A model generated the notes under the pieces. The model had not been told where the DNA came from. It saw only the letters and a list, made by a program, of their open reading frames with translations, and made no database searches. A program made the translations under genes and the position numbers. This document shows, one piece after another, positions 1 through 9,121 of a stretch of DNA of 64,000 nt (the first letter of the stretch is position 1; each line of letters opens with the position of its first letter). The DNA is from an uncultured Planctomycetota bacterium (GTDB lineage: Bacteria > Planctomycetota > Planctomycetia > Pirellulales > PNKZ01), in the NCBI GenBank assembly GCA_963708675.1, contig CAVPTO010000003.1, positions 4,740,719 through 4,804,718 of the forward strand, written 5' to 3'.

Positions 1-767
1 TGTCGGACACGACGACCGGCGGTCGCCCGATTCTCAAGGCCTTGAGCAACCAGATGCTCCGCATTCCTGTGAAAGGGACGCTCAATCATCCCGAAGTCGA
101 CCCGGGCGCCTTGGCGCAGACGAGCCTGGGCATTGTTATCGACGCGCTCACTAAGGCGCGGCGCGAAATCAAGCCCGAGCCCGAACTCACGTCAGGTCCC
201 GACCTCGGACCAGGACCCAGTCTCGGGGCCGCGAACGATCCTGCCCCGGCGCCTGCTCCGGAAGGCGCGATGCCCAATGAACTGAGTCTCGATACGCTCG
301 AACAACTTCGCGCGTCGGGCGTGTTGGTGCCGCAAGGCGCACCCGAGGTTCTGCCCGCGCCGCCGGGGCAAGGGCCACCCGTTCAGACGCCTGGGTCGCA
401 GCCGCCATTTGTACAGCAACCGAGCGCACAACCGCCGGGCAATGTCGCGCAAACGCCCAGCACGCTCGACGACATCAAAGCCACCGCGATCGACGTGATG
501 GCCGAGTTACTTCGTCGTCGACAGCAGCGGATGGCCCAAGAAGCGGCTCAACGCGCCGCGGCGCCTGCGCCGGCTGGCGTGACGCCACCCCCTGCTACGG
601 CGCCATCGAGTACCGCGCAAGGCGGTGTGCCTCAGCAACCGGTTCAGCCCCCGCCGCCGCAACAGCCGCCGTTGCTGCGACGTGGCGGGCTCATCGGCCG
701 CGCCGTGGACCGCATTCGCGCCGCGACGGAACCAACGCCGGACACGGCACCCGCGCCGAATCCGTAG
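1..767 (+). CDS. 3' part of a larger ORF entering from the left edge; ends in a Pro/Ala/Gln-rich low-complexity tail
   Basis: Frame is open from nt 3 to TAG 765-767 (the track ORF 42..767 starts at an internal TTG). GC3-rich codons. Segment IPVKGTLNHPEVD is followed by PAPAP/QPP repeats. No family recognised with confidence. Confidence 0.5.
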   Translation, partial: SDTTTGGRPILKALSNQMLRIPVKGTLNHPEVDPGALAQTSLGIVIDALTKARREIKPEPELTSGPDLGPGPSLGAANDPAPAPAPEGAMPNELSLDTLEQLRASGVLVPQGAPEVLPAPPGQGPPVQTPGSQPPFVQQPSAQPPGNVAQTPSTLDDIKATAIDVMAELLRRRQQRMAQEAAQRAAAPAPAGVTPPPATAPSSTAQGGVPQQPVQPPPPQQPPLLRRGGLIGRAVDRIRAATEPTPDTAPAPNP

Positions 768-804
768 TGGCGCGATGTTGAAGGTTGAATGGCGATTCAA
801 CCCC

Positions 805-832
805 AAGCCCACGGATGGCCATCCGTGGGCTT
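805..832. terminator. Perfect 28-nt palindrome between convergent genes, likely a bidirectional terminator hairpin
   Basis: aagcccacggatgg/ccatccgtgggctt lies 38 nt after the stop at 767 and 35 nt after the stop of the minus-strand gene at 867. The same CCCACGGA stem recurs at 8982-9003. Confidence 0.5.
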
Positions 833-866
833 AGCGCTCACCCGCGAGCGCCGCCATCCACCCTCT

Positions 867-1283
867 TCAAAATCCGACCTTCGCCTCTTCCGCGATCTTG
901 ATCTGGTCGGGACTCTCAACCTTGATCTGCGGTTGTTCCTTGTACAGCTCCACCGTGCCGGTGACCTGAATCTTCTTATCTTTGAAGTGTTTCGACGGAT
1001 CGTCGATGCCGGCCTCCTTGAACTTCGTGAGCGCGGGACCGAACATCACGACCGAGAACGCGTCCTTGTCCTTGTAATTCTTCGACGCGTTAAGAAAGCA
1101 CGGGCCTTTGTCGGCCAACTTCGCGCCGGCAACCACGGTCATCTCGATCGTCACTTTCTTGCCGACGTTCGCTTTCGCCTCGCTCGCTTGCACGACCGCC
1201 GGCTCGTCGGCTGCGAGCAATGACGATGCCGCGAAAACACAAACAACAGCAGCACTCAACAGCGTTCGCATCAATGATTTCAT
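867..1283 (-). CDS. Small secreted protein of unknown function
   Basis: N-terminal signal peptide MKSLMRTLLSAAVVCVFAASSLLAADEP. 138 aa, Lys-rich with beta-rich composition, GC3-biased codons. Confidence 0.7.
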   Translation of the reverse strand: MKSLMRTLLSAAVVCVFAASSLLAADEPAVVQASEAKANVGKKVTIEMTVVAGAKLADKGPCFLNASKNYKDKDAFSVVMFGPALTKFKEAGIDDPSKHFKDKKIQVTGTVELYKEQPQIKVESPDQIKIAEEAKVGF

Positions 1284-1362
1284 GATCTCTCTCCTCAGTT
1301 CAGACCTCTTAAATGTGGCGTATTCTATCGACGATCGATGAAGATTGTATGAGTTGACAAGC

Positions 1363-2418
1363 TCACGCGTTCTTCTTCTCGCGGCTCTCGTCTTTTTTCT
1401 TGCGTAGCCGCTCGACGAACTGCTTCAAGTCCGGCGGCAGCGGCATGTGAAACGTCATCCGCTCGCGGGTCTGCGGATGATCGAACGACAGGCTCTCAGC
1501 GTGCAGCGCCAATCGCGGCGCGCCGGAACGTCGCTCGCCGTCGGCATGTCCATACACTTTGTCGCCACATACGGGATGCCCTGCCTCGGACAGTTGAATG
1601 CGAATCTGATGCGTGCGTCCGGTCTCGAGCCGACATTCGACGAGCGTATAGCCGTCGAACGTTTCGAGCGGACGCAGGTGCGTGACCGCCCGTTTGCCGA
1701 CGCCTTCCTCCTCGGTGCTTCCGCGACGACCGTCGCCTCGATCGCGCACAAGTTGCGACTCGATCGTCTGCGCTTTGACTTGCCCCTCGACGACGGCCAG
1801 ATATCGCCGCTCGGTTGTGTGTTGGCGGAACTGCTGCCCCAGCTCGCGCTCGGCAGGCACGGTGCGCGCGAAGATCATCACTCCACTCGTGTCGCGATCG
1901 AGCCGATGCACGGGCCGCACCGGCGGCGTGCGTGTCGGGGCCTTCCCGTCACGCGCGTTCTTCTGTGCTTGTCGACCTTGCGGACGCCGACCGCGGCCTC
2001 CTGCTTCCTTTTTGGCGATGATTCGCGGCAGCAGGTCTTCGACCGTCGGTTGTTGCTCCTTGCGCTTCGTCGGCCACGAACGTTCGAGCGCATGCCGCAC
2101 ACTCGTCATCCCCGACGGCTTTTCGATCACGACGAGATGCGCATCGAGATGGCGAACGTGGACGTCGTCTTCACGCGCCGGCGGCGCGGCCGGATGTTCG
2201 AGCACGCGCACGACGTCGGTGATCTTCAGCCGACGGGCGGAGTCGACGCACACGTTGCCGTTGAGCAGCACATGACGCGAGCCGATGAGCTGGCGCAGTT
2301 TCCCCCATGTCTTGCCGGGAAACCACTGCCGCATGGCGGTGGCTAAAGGTTGGTTGGCTTGGCTGGGCGCGACGCGATACATGTCGGCATGGCGCTGGCC
2401 TTTGTTGCTCTTCTTCAT
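1363..2418 (-). CDS. RluA-family 23S rRNA/tRNA pseudouridine synthase (RluD-like, with N-terminal S4-like domain)
   Basis: Catalytic motif HRLDRDTSGVMIFART. Downstream GRTHQIRIQL motif. The N-terminal S4-type segment includes the motif LLNGNV. Confidence 0.9.
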   Translation of the reverse strand: MKKSNKGQRHADMYRVAPSQANQPLATAMRQWFPGKTWGKLRQLIGSRHVLLNGNVCVDSARRLKITDVVRVLEHPAAPPAREDDVHVRHLDAHLVVIEKPSGMTSVRHALERSWPTKRKEQQPTVEDLLPRIIAKKEAGGRGRRPQGRQAQKNARDGKAPTRTPPVRPVHRLDRDTSGVMIFARTVPAERELGQQFRQHTTERRYLAVVEGQVKAQTIESQLVRDRGDGRRGSTEEEGVGKRAVTHLRPLETFDGYTLVECRLETGRTHQIRIQLSEAGHPVCGDKVYGHADGERRSGAPRLALHAESLSFDHPQTRERMTFHMPLPPDLKQFVERLRKKKDESREKKNA

Positions 2419-2491
2419 TGCCCCTGTAGCCTAGGTGCAAAACGCGCGAGCGTCCAGCGATACACGGGACCTTCGACTATGATGATCCTTC

Positions 2492-4339
2492 ATGCACAAC
2501 GAGCTCGATCACCTGCAACTGCTCGCCGACGTCGACACCTTGGCCGCACAGATGCGGACTTGGGCCGACGACGCGCCGAATTGGCCCCCGGCCCACGAGT
2601 CGCAGGCGCTCGTGCGACGTCTGCAACAACGAACCGACTCGCTGCGCGTACGGTTCGACGCGCCGCTGGTCGTGGCGACGCTCGGCGGCACCGGCACCGG
2701 CAAAAGCACGTTGGTCAACGCCCTCGTCGGCGCCGACGTGACCGAAACGGGCCGCCAACGGCCGACGACGCGTCAACCGGTGCTCGTCACACGCGCCGAC
2801 ATCACGCCCGAAATGCTCGGCATTGATCCGAGTGCGGTGCGTCACGTGACGTGCGAAGCGCCGGCGCTGGCCGACTTGGTGCTCATCGATTGCCCCGATC
2901 CCGACACGGCTGAGGACGCTGCCGACCCCGCGAGCAACATTGCTCGGCTGCGAGCGATCCTTCCGCATTGCGACGTGTTGCTCGTGACGACAACGCAGCA
3001 GAAGTATCGCAGTGCTCGCGTGTCGGCCGAGCTGGCGATGGCGGCCCCCGGAGCGCGACTTGTCTTCGTGCAGACGCATGCCGACACGGATGACGACATT
3101 CGCGACGACTGGCGGGCGTCGCTCGGCGAAGAATACGCGGCCGGCGAGATGTTCTTCGTCGATTCGTTGCAAGCGACCGCAGACGCCGAAGCCGGGTTGC
3201 AGCCACGCGGCGAATTCGGGCGACTCGTGCAGTTCCTTGCGCGTGAAATGGCTCCCGCCGCGGCGCATCGCATTCGTCGCGTGAACTTCCTCGATCTCGT
3301 CGAGCAGACGCTCGCAACGTGCGCCGAGCGCATCGACGCCGCGATGCCTGCCGTCGAACAACTCGAGACCGCGATCACCGAGCAACGCGCACGATTGGTC
3401 GACCGATTGTCGGGACAACTGCGCGATGACCTGCTGCAGCGGCGCCGCTCGTGGGAGCAGCGCATCCTCGGCGAAGTTGCGGGGCGCTGGGGGTTCAGCC
3501 CCTTCGCCGTGTTGCTGCGCGCGTATCAAGGGCTCGGCGGCTTGGTGTCGAGTGCCTTGCTCTTTCGCGTTCGCACGCCTGCACAGGCGGCATTGTGGGG
3601 CGGTTTAGAAGGTGCGCGGCGCTGGCGGGCGCATCGGTCACAACGAAGTGCCGAGCCGACCGAGCGCACGGCGGAATTCCGCTGGGAGCAGAACGAGCTG
3701 CGCACCGCGGCAATCATTCTCGACGGTTACGCTGCCGAGGCCGGTTTCTCGCGCGAAGAACTGACACCCGCCGCCCTCGAGCGCGAAGCCGACGGCGCGA
3801 GCGGCGATTTTCTCGCCCGCGCCTCGCAGGACTTGCAGCAGTTGATCACGCGTCGAGCGCAGCGGCTCACCGGCTTCGCCACGCGGATGGTGTACGAACT
3901 GTTGCTGGTCGCGATGCTCGTGATGTTGCTGTATCGCTTCGGCCGCAATTTCTTTTACGACTCGTGGCTCGCCGTCGAGTTGGGCTTGCAGCCTCAGGCG
4001 ACGCCGCTGCTCGGCACCGACTTTTTCATCGCCGCAGGCGCGATGCTGCTGTTGTGGTGTGGCCTGCTGTTGTGGCTATTCACCGGTCGGTTGCGACGTG
4101 GACTGAAGGCCGACGTCGTGCAACTCGCGCAGTCGTGGAACTCGCCGACGATCGCCGCGGCGCTAGCCGCGGGACTTGAGAGGCAGGCCCAGATCGCACG
4201 TGCGTGGCGTGAAGAGTTGAAGTTTCTGGAACAGCGCGTGACGTCGTTGAACGCGAGGATCACGCAGCCCGATTCGCGATTGGGGCATCGGACGGTGATC
4301 GCGCCCGCGAACATCCCCCGGCGACTCGCTGGGGGCTAA
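2492..4339 (+). CDS. Membrane-anchored P-loop GTPase (dynamin-like / HSR1-type GTP-binding domain) with long helical middle region
   Basis: Walker A/G1 motif GGTGTGKSTLVNALVG and G3-like LIDCPDPD. Long Arg/Glu/Leu-rich helical region. Two hydrophobic segments (MVYELLLVAMLVMLLY and FFIAAGAMLLLWCGLLLWLF) near the C-terminus. Confidence 0.7.
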   Translation: MHNELDHLQLLADVDTLAAQMRTWADDAPNWPPAHESQALVRRLQQRTDSLRVRFDAPLVVATLGGTGTGKSTLVNALVGADVTETGRQRPTTRQPVLVTRADITPEMLGIDPSAVRHVTCEAPALADLVLIDCPDPDTAEDAADPASNIARLRAILPHCDVLLVTTTQQKYRSARVSAELAMAAPGARLVFVQTHADTDDDIRDDWRASLGEEYAAGEMFFVDSLQATADAEAGLQPRGEFGRLVQFLAREMAPAAAHRIRRVNFLDLVEQTLATCAERIDAAMPAVEQLETAITEQRARLVDRLSGQLRDDLLQRRRSWEQRILGEVAGRWGFSPFAVLLRAYQGLGGLVSSALLFRVRTPAQAALWGGLEGARRWRAHRSQRSAEPTERTAEFRWEQNELRTAAIILDGYAAEAGFSREELTPAALEREADGASGDFLARASQDLQQLITRRAQRLTGFATRMVYELLLVAMLVMLLYRFGRNFFYDSWLAVELGLQPQATPLLGTDFFIAAGAMLLLWCGLLLWLFTGRLRRGLKADVVQLAQSWNSPTIAAALAAGLERQAQIARAWREELKFLEQRVTSLNARITQPDSRLGHRTVIAPANIPRRLAGG

Positions 4340-5703
4340 ATTGTCGTTGTCGGCCCGACGTAATCTCTCCCCGACCGCGCTGCGACGGCGATCATTACGA
4401 TGCCGATCGCGAGCACTACGGTCGCGGTGGTGTAGGTCCACATCGGCGAGTCGGCGAACAATCGCAACCCCACCACAGGCCCAACAATCCGCGCCAGCGA
4501 TGTGCAACTCTGCGCGAGCCCCAGAACGCCACCCTGCAACGCGGGGCTCGTTCGTCGCGAAATCAGAGATTGCAACGACGGATTCACGAATGCGAAGCCC
4601 GTGACTTCGACCGCCATCGCCACGAGCAACCAGCCAAAGCTTCCCCAGCTCGCGGCCATCGCCAACAGCGCGAAGCCGATCGTCGACGTGATCGCGCCGC
4701 CGACGGCCATCGTCGCTTCGCTGAGCCGCGTCGCGAGCCGTCGCACCAAGAAGCCTTGCGCCAACGTCAGCACGACGCCCAAGTACGCGAACGCCACGAA
4801 CACGACAAGCTGATCGGGCTCCGCCGTCGTCACGCCTTGCAACTTCGCGACGAGCCACGCCATCAGCGGCGACACGACCTCGCCACGTTCGTAGCGGCCG
4901 TAGATGTCTTCGATCTGCAGCGACAAGCTCGACTCGAACATGCCGAACGACAACACCGCCACGAACGACGTCGCCAGCAGCAGCACGATCGAAGGCGTGG
5001 CGAGCGCGGCCGCCCATGCCGATCGGGCCGATAGTGGTTGACTGTCGCGATGCACGGCCGTCTCGCCGCTGCCGGGCGTGTGCGACTCGGGCAGTTTGAA
5101 GATCGCCAACAGCAGCGCGACGCCCGACATCGCCGAGGCCGCGTACCCCGGCCATGGGCTGAGCGCATCGCCGCCGCCTGCCAACCGTGCAATCGCGCCG
5201 ATCGTCGGGCCTAGCGTAAAGCCCAAAGCGAACGCGGCGCCGATGAGTGCCATCCCTTTCGCCCGCTTTTCTTTCGTTGTCGTGTCGGCAATGTACGCCT
5301 GCGCGGTCGAGATCGTCGCCCCGGCGATGCCTGCACCGAGGCGCGCGATGAACAAACCTGCGAGGCTGTGCAGCACCGTCGCGACGCCGAACATCGCATA
5401 GAAAAATGTCGAGCCGACGAGCCCCATGATCAGGATCGGCCGACGCCCGAACCGGTCGGAGAGTCGCCCCCAAATCGGCAGAAACAAAAACTGCATTGCC
5501 GAGAAGCTCGCCATCAGCAGCCCGATGGTCCACCCGACCTGCTGGTCGCTCAGCCCGTGCGACTCGGCAAACCGCTTGCCATAGATCGGCAGCAGCGGCA
5601 ACACGATGCCGAAGCCCAGCAGGTCGATAAAGACCGTGAGAAAAATAACGAGCAACGACCCGCGAGTCGGCGGGCCGGGGCGTGCGGATGAAGAATTCGA
5701 CAT
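4336..5703 (-). CDS. MFS transporter (DHA1/tetracycline-resistance-like)
   Basis: Track ORF 4336..6630 is overextended. Start re-set to ATG 5703 (MSNSSSARPG...). The protein shows 12-TM-type hydrophobic periodicity and an MFS-type loop motif GRLSDRFGRRP. The region upstream of 5703 is antisense to the PaaK-like gene. Confidence 0.9.
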   Translation of the reverse strand: MSNSSSARPGPPTRGSLLVIFLTVFIDLLGFGIVLPLLPIYGKRFAESHGLSDQQVGWTIGLLMASFSAMQFLFLPIWGRLSDRFGRRPILIMGLVGSTFFYAMFGVATVLHSLAGLFIARLGAGIAGATISTAQAYIADTTTKEKRAKGMALIGAAFALGFTLGPTIGAIARLAGGGDALSPWPGYAASAMSGVALLLAIFKLPESHTPGSGETAVHRDSQPLSARSAWAAALATPSIVLLLATSFVAVLSFGMFESSLSLQIEDIYGRYERGEVVSPLMAWLVAKLQGVTTAEPDQLVVFVAFAYLGVVLTLAQGFLVRRLATRLSEATMAVGGAITSTIGFALLAMAASWGSFGWLLVAMAVEVTGFAFVNPSLQSLISRRTSPALQGGVLGLAQSCTSLARIVGPVVGLRLFADSPMWTYTTATVVLAIGIVMIAVAARSGRDYVGPTTTI

Positions 5704-5716
5704 GCGGTGTTTAGCC

Positions 5717-5732
5717 GGCATGTTTACATGCC
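5717..5732. promoter_or_regulatory. Palindrome in the divergent MFS / PaaK-like promoter region (possible operator or 5'-UTR hairpin)
   Basis: ggcatgt-tt-acatgcc has 7-bp perfect arms, lies 14 nt upstream of the MFS ATG, and directly follows a copy of the GTTTAGCCGGC 11-mer. Confidence 0.3.
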
Positions 5733-5796
5733 GTTCGGCGGGGCGGCTACATTTGGTTCCCTCGAACTCTAGCACGATCGCCCGTAAAATGAAGGC

Positions 5797-7092
5797 ATGT
5801 CTATCAGCACTTACGCCGATCGCCAGCGAATGGCGACGATGGAACCGGCCGAGCTCGAACAATATCAACTGTCGCGGCTCAATGGGCTGCTGCAAAAGAT
5901 TCTGCCGACCAACGGGTTTTATGCCGAAAAACTGGCCGAGGTGACGCTCCCGCTGGAGTCGCTCGATCAGTTGGAAGCGTTGCCGTACACGTTCAAAGAA
6001 GAACTGCTCGGCCCAGGCCAAGGTGGCGAAATGGCCGCGAACCTCACGTGGCCGATCGACCGGTACGTTCGCTTTCATCAAACATCGGGCACGCGTGGCC
6101 GGCCGCTGGTCGTGCTCGACACGCCCGACGATTGGCGATGGTGGTTGGAATGCTGGCAGTGGGTGCTCGACGCGGCAGGCATCGAGCCGACCGACCGCGT
6201 GGCGATGGCGTTCTCGTTCGGTCCGTTCATCGGATTCTGGACCGCCTCCGAAGCGTCGCTGGCGCGCGGATGCCAAATGATCCCGTGCGGCGGCATGAGC
6301 ACCCTGTCTCGACTCGAGTTGATTCGCACGAGCGGCGCGACGGTCGTGTTCTGCACTCCGAGTTATGCGCTGCATCTGGCCGAAGTTGCGGCCGAGCGGA
6401 AGATCGACGTCGCAGAGTGGCGCGTCCGCAAACTCATTCTGGCGGGCGAGGCCGGTGGCAGCGTCCCCGCGACTCGCGATCGCATTGAATCGAGTTGGCA
6501 AGCAACCGTCGTCGATCACGGCGGCGCGACCGAGATCGGAGCTTGGGGCTTCAGCGATCCGCAGCGTAAAGGACTTCATCTGTTGGAGACCGAATTCATC
6601 GGCGAGTTTCTTTCCGTCGAGACCGGGCAACCGGCCGGCGAAGGGGAACTTGCCGAGTTGGTGATCACATCGCTCGGCCGCGCCGGGTCACCCGTGATTC
6701 GCTATCGCACCGGCGATTTGGTTCGCCCCGTGTGGCAGCACGGGCAGGCATCGCCGTTCGTGCTGTTGGATGGCGGCATCCTCGGCCGCACCGACGACAT
6801 GCTCATCATTCGCGGCGTGAATGTCTTTCCGACGGCGCTGGAACAGATTCTGCGAAGCTTTCCCGAGGTGCTCGAGTACCGCATGATCGCGACCAAGATC
6901 GGCGAGATGGATCAACTGAACATCGAAGTCGAAGATCGCCTCGACCAACCGATGCGCATCGCCGAAGAGGTGCAAGTGCGACTCGGTCTGCGGGTCGAGG
7001 TCAAATGCGTGCCGACGGGATCGCTGCCACGATTCGAAGGGAAAGGGCAGCGATTCATCGACCGCCGCGGGCTGCTCAACATCGAAAAGTAG
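5797..7092 (+). CDS. Phenylacetate-CoA ligase family adenylate-forming enzyme (PaaK / coenzyme F390 synthetase-like)
   Basis: The N-terminal region contains LSRLNGLL. AMP-binding P-loop equivalent HQTSGTRGRP. C-terminal DDMLIIRGVNVFP motif typical of PaaK-like ligases. Confidence 0.85.
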   Translation: MSISTYADRQRMATMEPAELEQYQLSRLNGLLQKILPTNGFYAEKLAEVTLPLESLDQLEALPYTFKEELLGPGQGGEMAANLTWPIDRYVRFHQTSGTRGRPLVVLDTPDDWRWWLECWQWVLDAAGIEPTDRVAMAFSFGPFIGFWTASEASLARGCQMIPCGGMSTLSRLELIRTSGATVVFCTPSYALHLAEVAAERKIDVAEWRVRKLILAGEAGGSVPATRDRIESSWQATVVDHGGATEIGAWGFSDPQRKGLHLLETEFIGEFLSVETGQPAGEGELAELVITSLGRAGSPVIRYRTGDLVRPVWQHGQASPFVLLDGGILGRTDDMLIIRGVNVFPTALEQILRSFPEVLEYRMIATKIGEMDQLNIEVEDRLDQPMRIAEEVQVRLGLRVEVKCVPTGSLPRFEGKGQRFIDRRGLLNIEK

Positions 7093-7112
7093 GACGGTCT
7101 GCGAATTCACCG

Positions 7113-7201
7113 CTGTAGGGAACGCCCTCCGTGGCGTTCCGCAGTGCGAGTGGATGCGCTGTCCGCAGTTCACGGAACGCCACGGAGGGCGTTCCCTACA
7201 G
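7113..7201. repeat. Nested-palindrome intergenic element (29-nt perfect inverted arms, each arm itself a hairpin)
   Basis: Left arm ctgtagggaacgccctccgtggcgttccg (7113-7141) and its exact reverse complement (7173-7201) are separated by 31 nt. Each arm contains ggaacgcc/ggcgttcc. Confidence 0.9.
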
Positions 7202-7222
7202 AATCCGACACGGCGTAGAACG

Positions 7223-8545
7223 ATGAACAACGATGTGCGAAACGCCGACGTCATCATTCTTGGCGGTGGAGCGGCAGGGCTCGAGGCTGCTTCGGCATTG
7301 GCTCGTTCGGGGTTAAACGTTGCCATTCTCGAAGCCCGTGACCGGCTCGGTGGCCGCATCGATACGCGCCACGCCGCCGATGATGCGAAAATCGTCGTCG
7401 AACGTGGAGCGGAGTTCGTTCACGGTCGCGCTCGCGAAACGTTCGATCTCATCAAGGCCGGCAAACTCGACGTCGTGAAACTCGACGAAGAGCACCTACG
7501 ATTCAATGGGCAATGGAGTGACTGTGGCCAATGGTGCGACGACGATTCTTGGGAGCAGGTCGAAGAGTTGATGTCGCGGCTTGAGCGCGAAGAGTCGGTC
7601 GACGAAACGTTCGCCGACTTTCTCGCCCGTGAGGGTCGCGACCTTTCGCCGTCAGTGCGGGCGATGGCGATCGCGTTTGTCGAAGGGTTCAACGCTGCCG
7701 ATCAACACAAGATCGGCACGCTTGGGCTCGTCGAATCGCAGCGCGAGTCGGAACGCATCGAGGCCGATACGTCGTTTCGTTTACCCGGCGGTTACGATCA
7801 ACTGGTGCGCGTGCTGGTCGAGAGTTTGCCCCTGAACCGCGTCGCGATTCACACCGGCACAGTCGTCACGAACGTGCGATGGAGCGCCGGGCATGTCGAG
7901 GTCGAGACGGTTACGTCTACCGGCGAACGCTCGACGTTCACAGCGCGGGCAGCGATCGTCACCCTGCCGCTCGGCGTGTTGAAAGCGCCGGTTGGCTCGC
8001 CCGGCGCCGTGCGCTTCGAGCCCGAACTCACCGAGAAACGCGAGTCGCTCGATCATCTGATCATGGGGGACGTCGTGAAGGTGGTGATGCGATTTCGCAC
8101 GGCGTTTTGGCGCGACTCGCATCCGAAGTTGTCGTTCGTGCACGCGCTCGACGAGGCGATACCGACGTGGTGGACGCAATCACCGATCGACGTGCCCCTG
8201 CTCACCTGCTGGGCCGGCGGAGCGCAGGCAGCAAAGCTAGTGACGATGACAGACGCCGCGATCGTCGACGTCGCTTTGCAGGTCGCGTCGCGCATCTTCC
8301 ATCGCAGCGGTCTGCGCGAGTTGCTCGTCACGGCTGACGTCAGCGACTGGCATTGCGATCCGTTCAGCCGCGGCGCGTACAGCTACGTCGCCGTCGGCGG
8401 TGTGCACGCGGCAGACGAACTCGCTCGTCCCATCGCCGACACGCTCTATTTCGCAGGCGAAGCCACTCACGCCGGCCTCTGCGGCACCGTCGCCGGAGCG
8501 GTGGCCAGCGGATATCGCGCGGCCAAAGAGTTGCTTGACCGTTGA
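7223..8545 (+). CDS. FAD-dependent amine oxidase (flavin monoamine/polyamine oxidase family)
   Basis: Start re-set to ATG 7223; the track start 7154 lies inside the palindromic element. Dinucleotide-binding motif DVIILGGGAAGLEAA followed by LEARDRLGGRI. C-terminal FAGEATH motif. Confidence 0.85.
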   Translation: MNNDVRNADVIILGGGAAGLEAASALARSGLNVAILEARDRLGGRIDTRHAADDAKIVVERGAEFVHGRARETFDLIKAGKLDVVKLDEEHLRFNGQWSDCGQWCDDDSWEQVEELMSRLEREESVDETFADFLAREGRDLSPSVRAMAIAFVEGFNAADQHKIGTLGLVESQRESERIEADTSFRLPGGYDQLVRVLVESLPLNRVAIHTGTVVTNVRWSAGHVEVETVTSTGERSTFTARAAIVTLPLGVLKAPVGSPGAVRFEPELTEKRESLDHLIMGDVVKVVMRFRTAFWRDSHPKLSFVHALDEAIPTWWTQSPIDVPLLTCWAGGAQAAKLVTMTDAAIVDVALQVASRIFHRSGLRELLVTADVSDWHCDPFSRGAYSYVAVGGVHAADELARPIADTLYFAGEATHAGLCGTVAGAVASGYRAAKELLDR

Positions 8546-8569
8546 TAGTCGGTCAAGGACGATAAGGGC

Positions 8570-9121
8570 ATGGATTCGCCACTGCCATTGATCATTTTCG
8601 CCGGCGGCGTCTTGGTCGCCGTGATTGCGGTGATGCTTGCCTGCGCGGGCGGCGTAGTGCTGCTCGCCGCTGCGGGAGTGAACACGATCGTGAAACTCAT
8701 TCGTGAGATTCTACGCTCACCGCGAATCGACATTCGCCACCTGATCGTGTTGGTCGTGGCGACGGCCGTGGCGGCGACGATTGGCCGCGAGGTCGAGTCA
8801 ACGGGGGGCAAACTGCTGAGCATGACGGCGTTCTTCGGAATGCTTGTGGCCGTCTGCGTTGTCGAAATGTTCAATGGCGAGGCACGCGTCCGTGCTGCGC
8901 GACTATCGAGTCGAGCGCCGCGGCATCGCGTGTGGCGTGTTTATCGGCGTGAGAGTCTGATTCATCGGCAACGCACAACGACCCACGGACGGCAGTCCGT
9001 GGGCTTGGGTGGTTACACCGATGCCAGCTCGGGCACTTCGGCCAACGACTCGTACGCGCCGAGGATGAGCTTGCGAGTTTCGTCCCAGCCGGTGCAGGCG
9101 TCGGTGATGGAGACGCCGTAG
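8570..9121 (+). CDS. Possible small membrane protein (end uncertain)
   Basis: The first ~100 aa form 3 hydrophobic segments ([32 protein letters not shown]...). The ORF runs through the hairpin at 8982-9003 and overlaps aroG by 109 nt, so the true 3' end, or the gene itself, is doubtful. Confidence 0.3.
   Translation: MDSPLPLIIFAGGVLVAVIAVMLACAGGVVLLAAAGVNTIVKLIREILRSPRIDIRHLIVLVVATAVAATIGREVESTGGKLLSMTAFFGMLVAVCVVEMFNGEARVRAARLSSRAPRHRVWRVYRRESLIHRQRTTTHGRQSVGLGGYTDASSGTSANDSYAPRMSLRVSSQPVQASVMETP
8982..9003. terminator. Hairpin downstream of the aroG stop
   Basis: cccacggac-ggca-gtccgtggg (9-bp stem) lies 10 nt past the aroG stop on the minus strand. The stem sequence is shared with the palindrome at 805-832. 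Confidence 0.45.

Noticed and set aside
5704-6630. N-terminal 309 aa of track ORF 4336..6630
   Set aside because: This part is antisense to the PaaK-like gene and has no MFS features. The MFS protein starts naturally at ATG 5703 (MSNSSSARPG…), just before the first TM helix.
8467-8874. 135-aa minus-strand ORF as an alternative to the 8570..9121 membrane ORF
   Set aside because: It is a Thr/Ser/Ala/Pro-rich shadow of the hydrophobic plus-strand frame, with no signal or motif. Neither candidate is strong, and the plus-strand one is reported only at low confidence.
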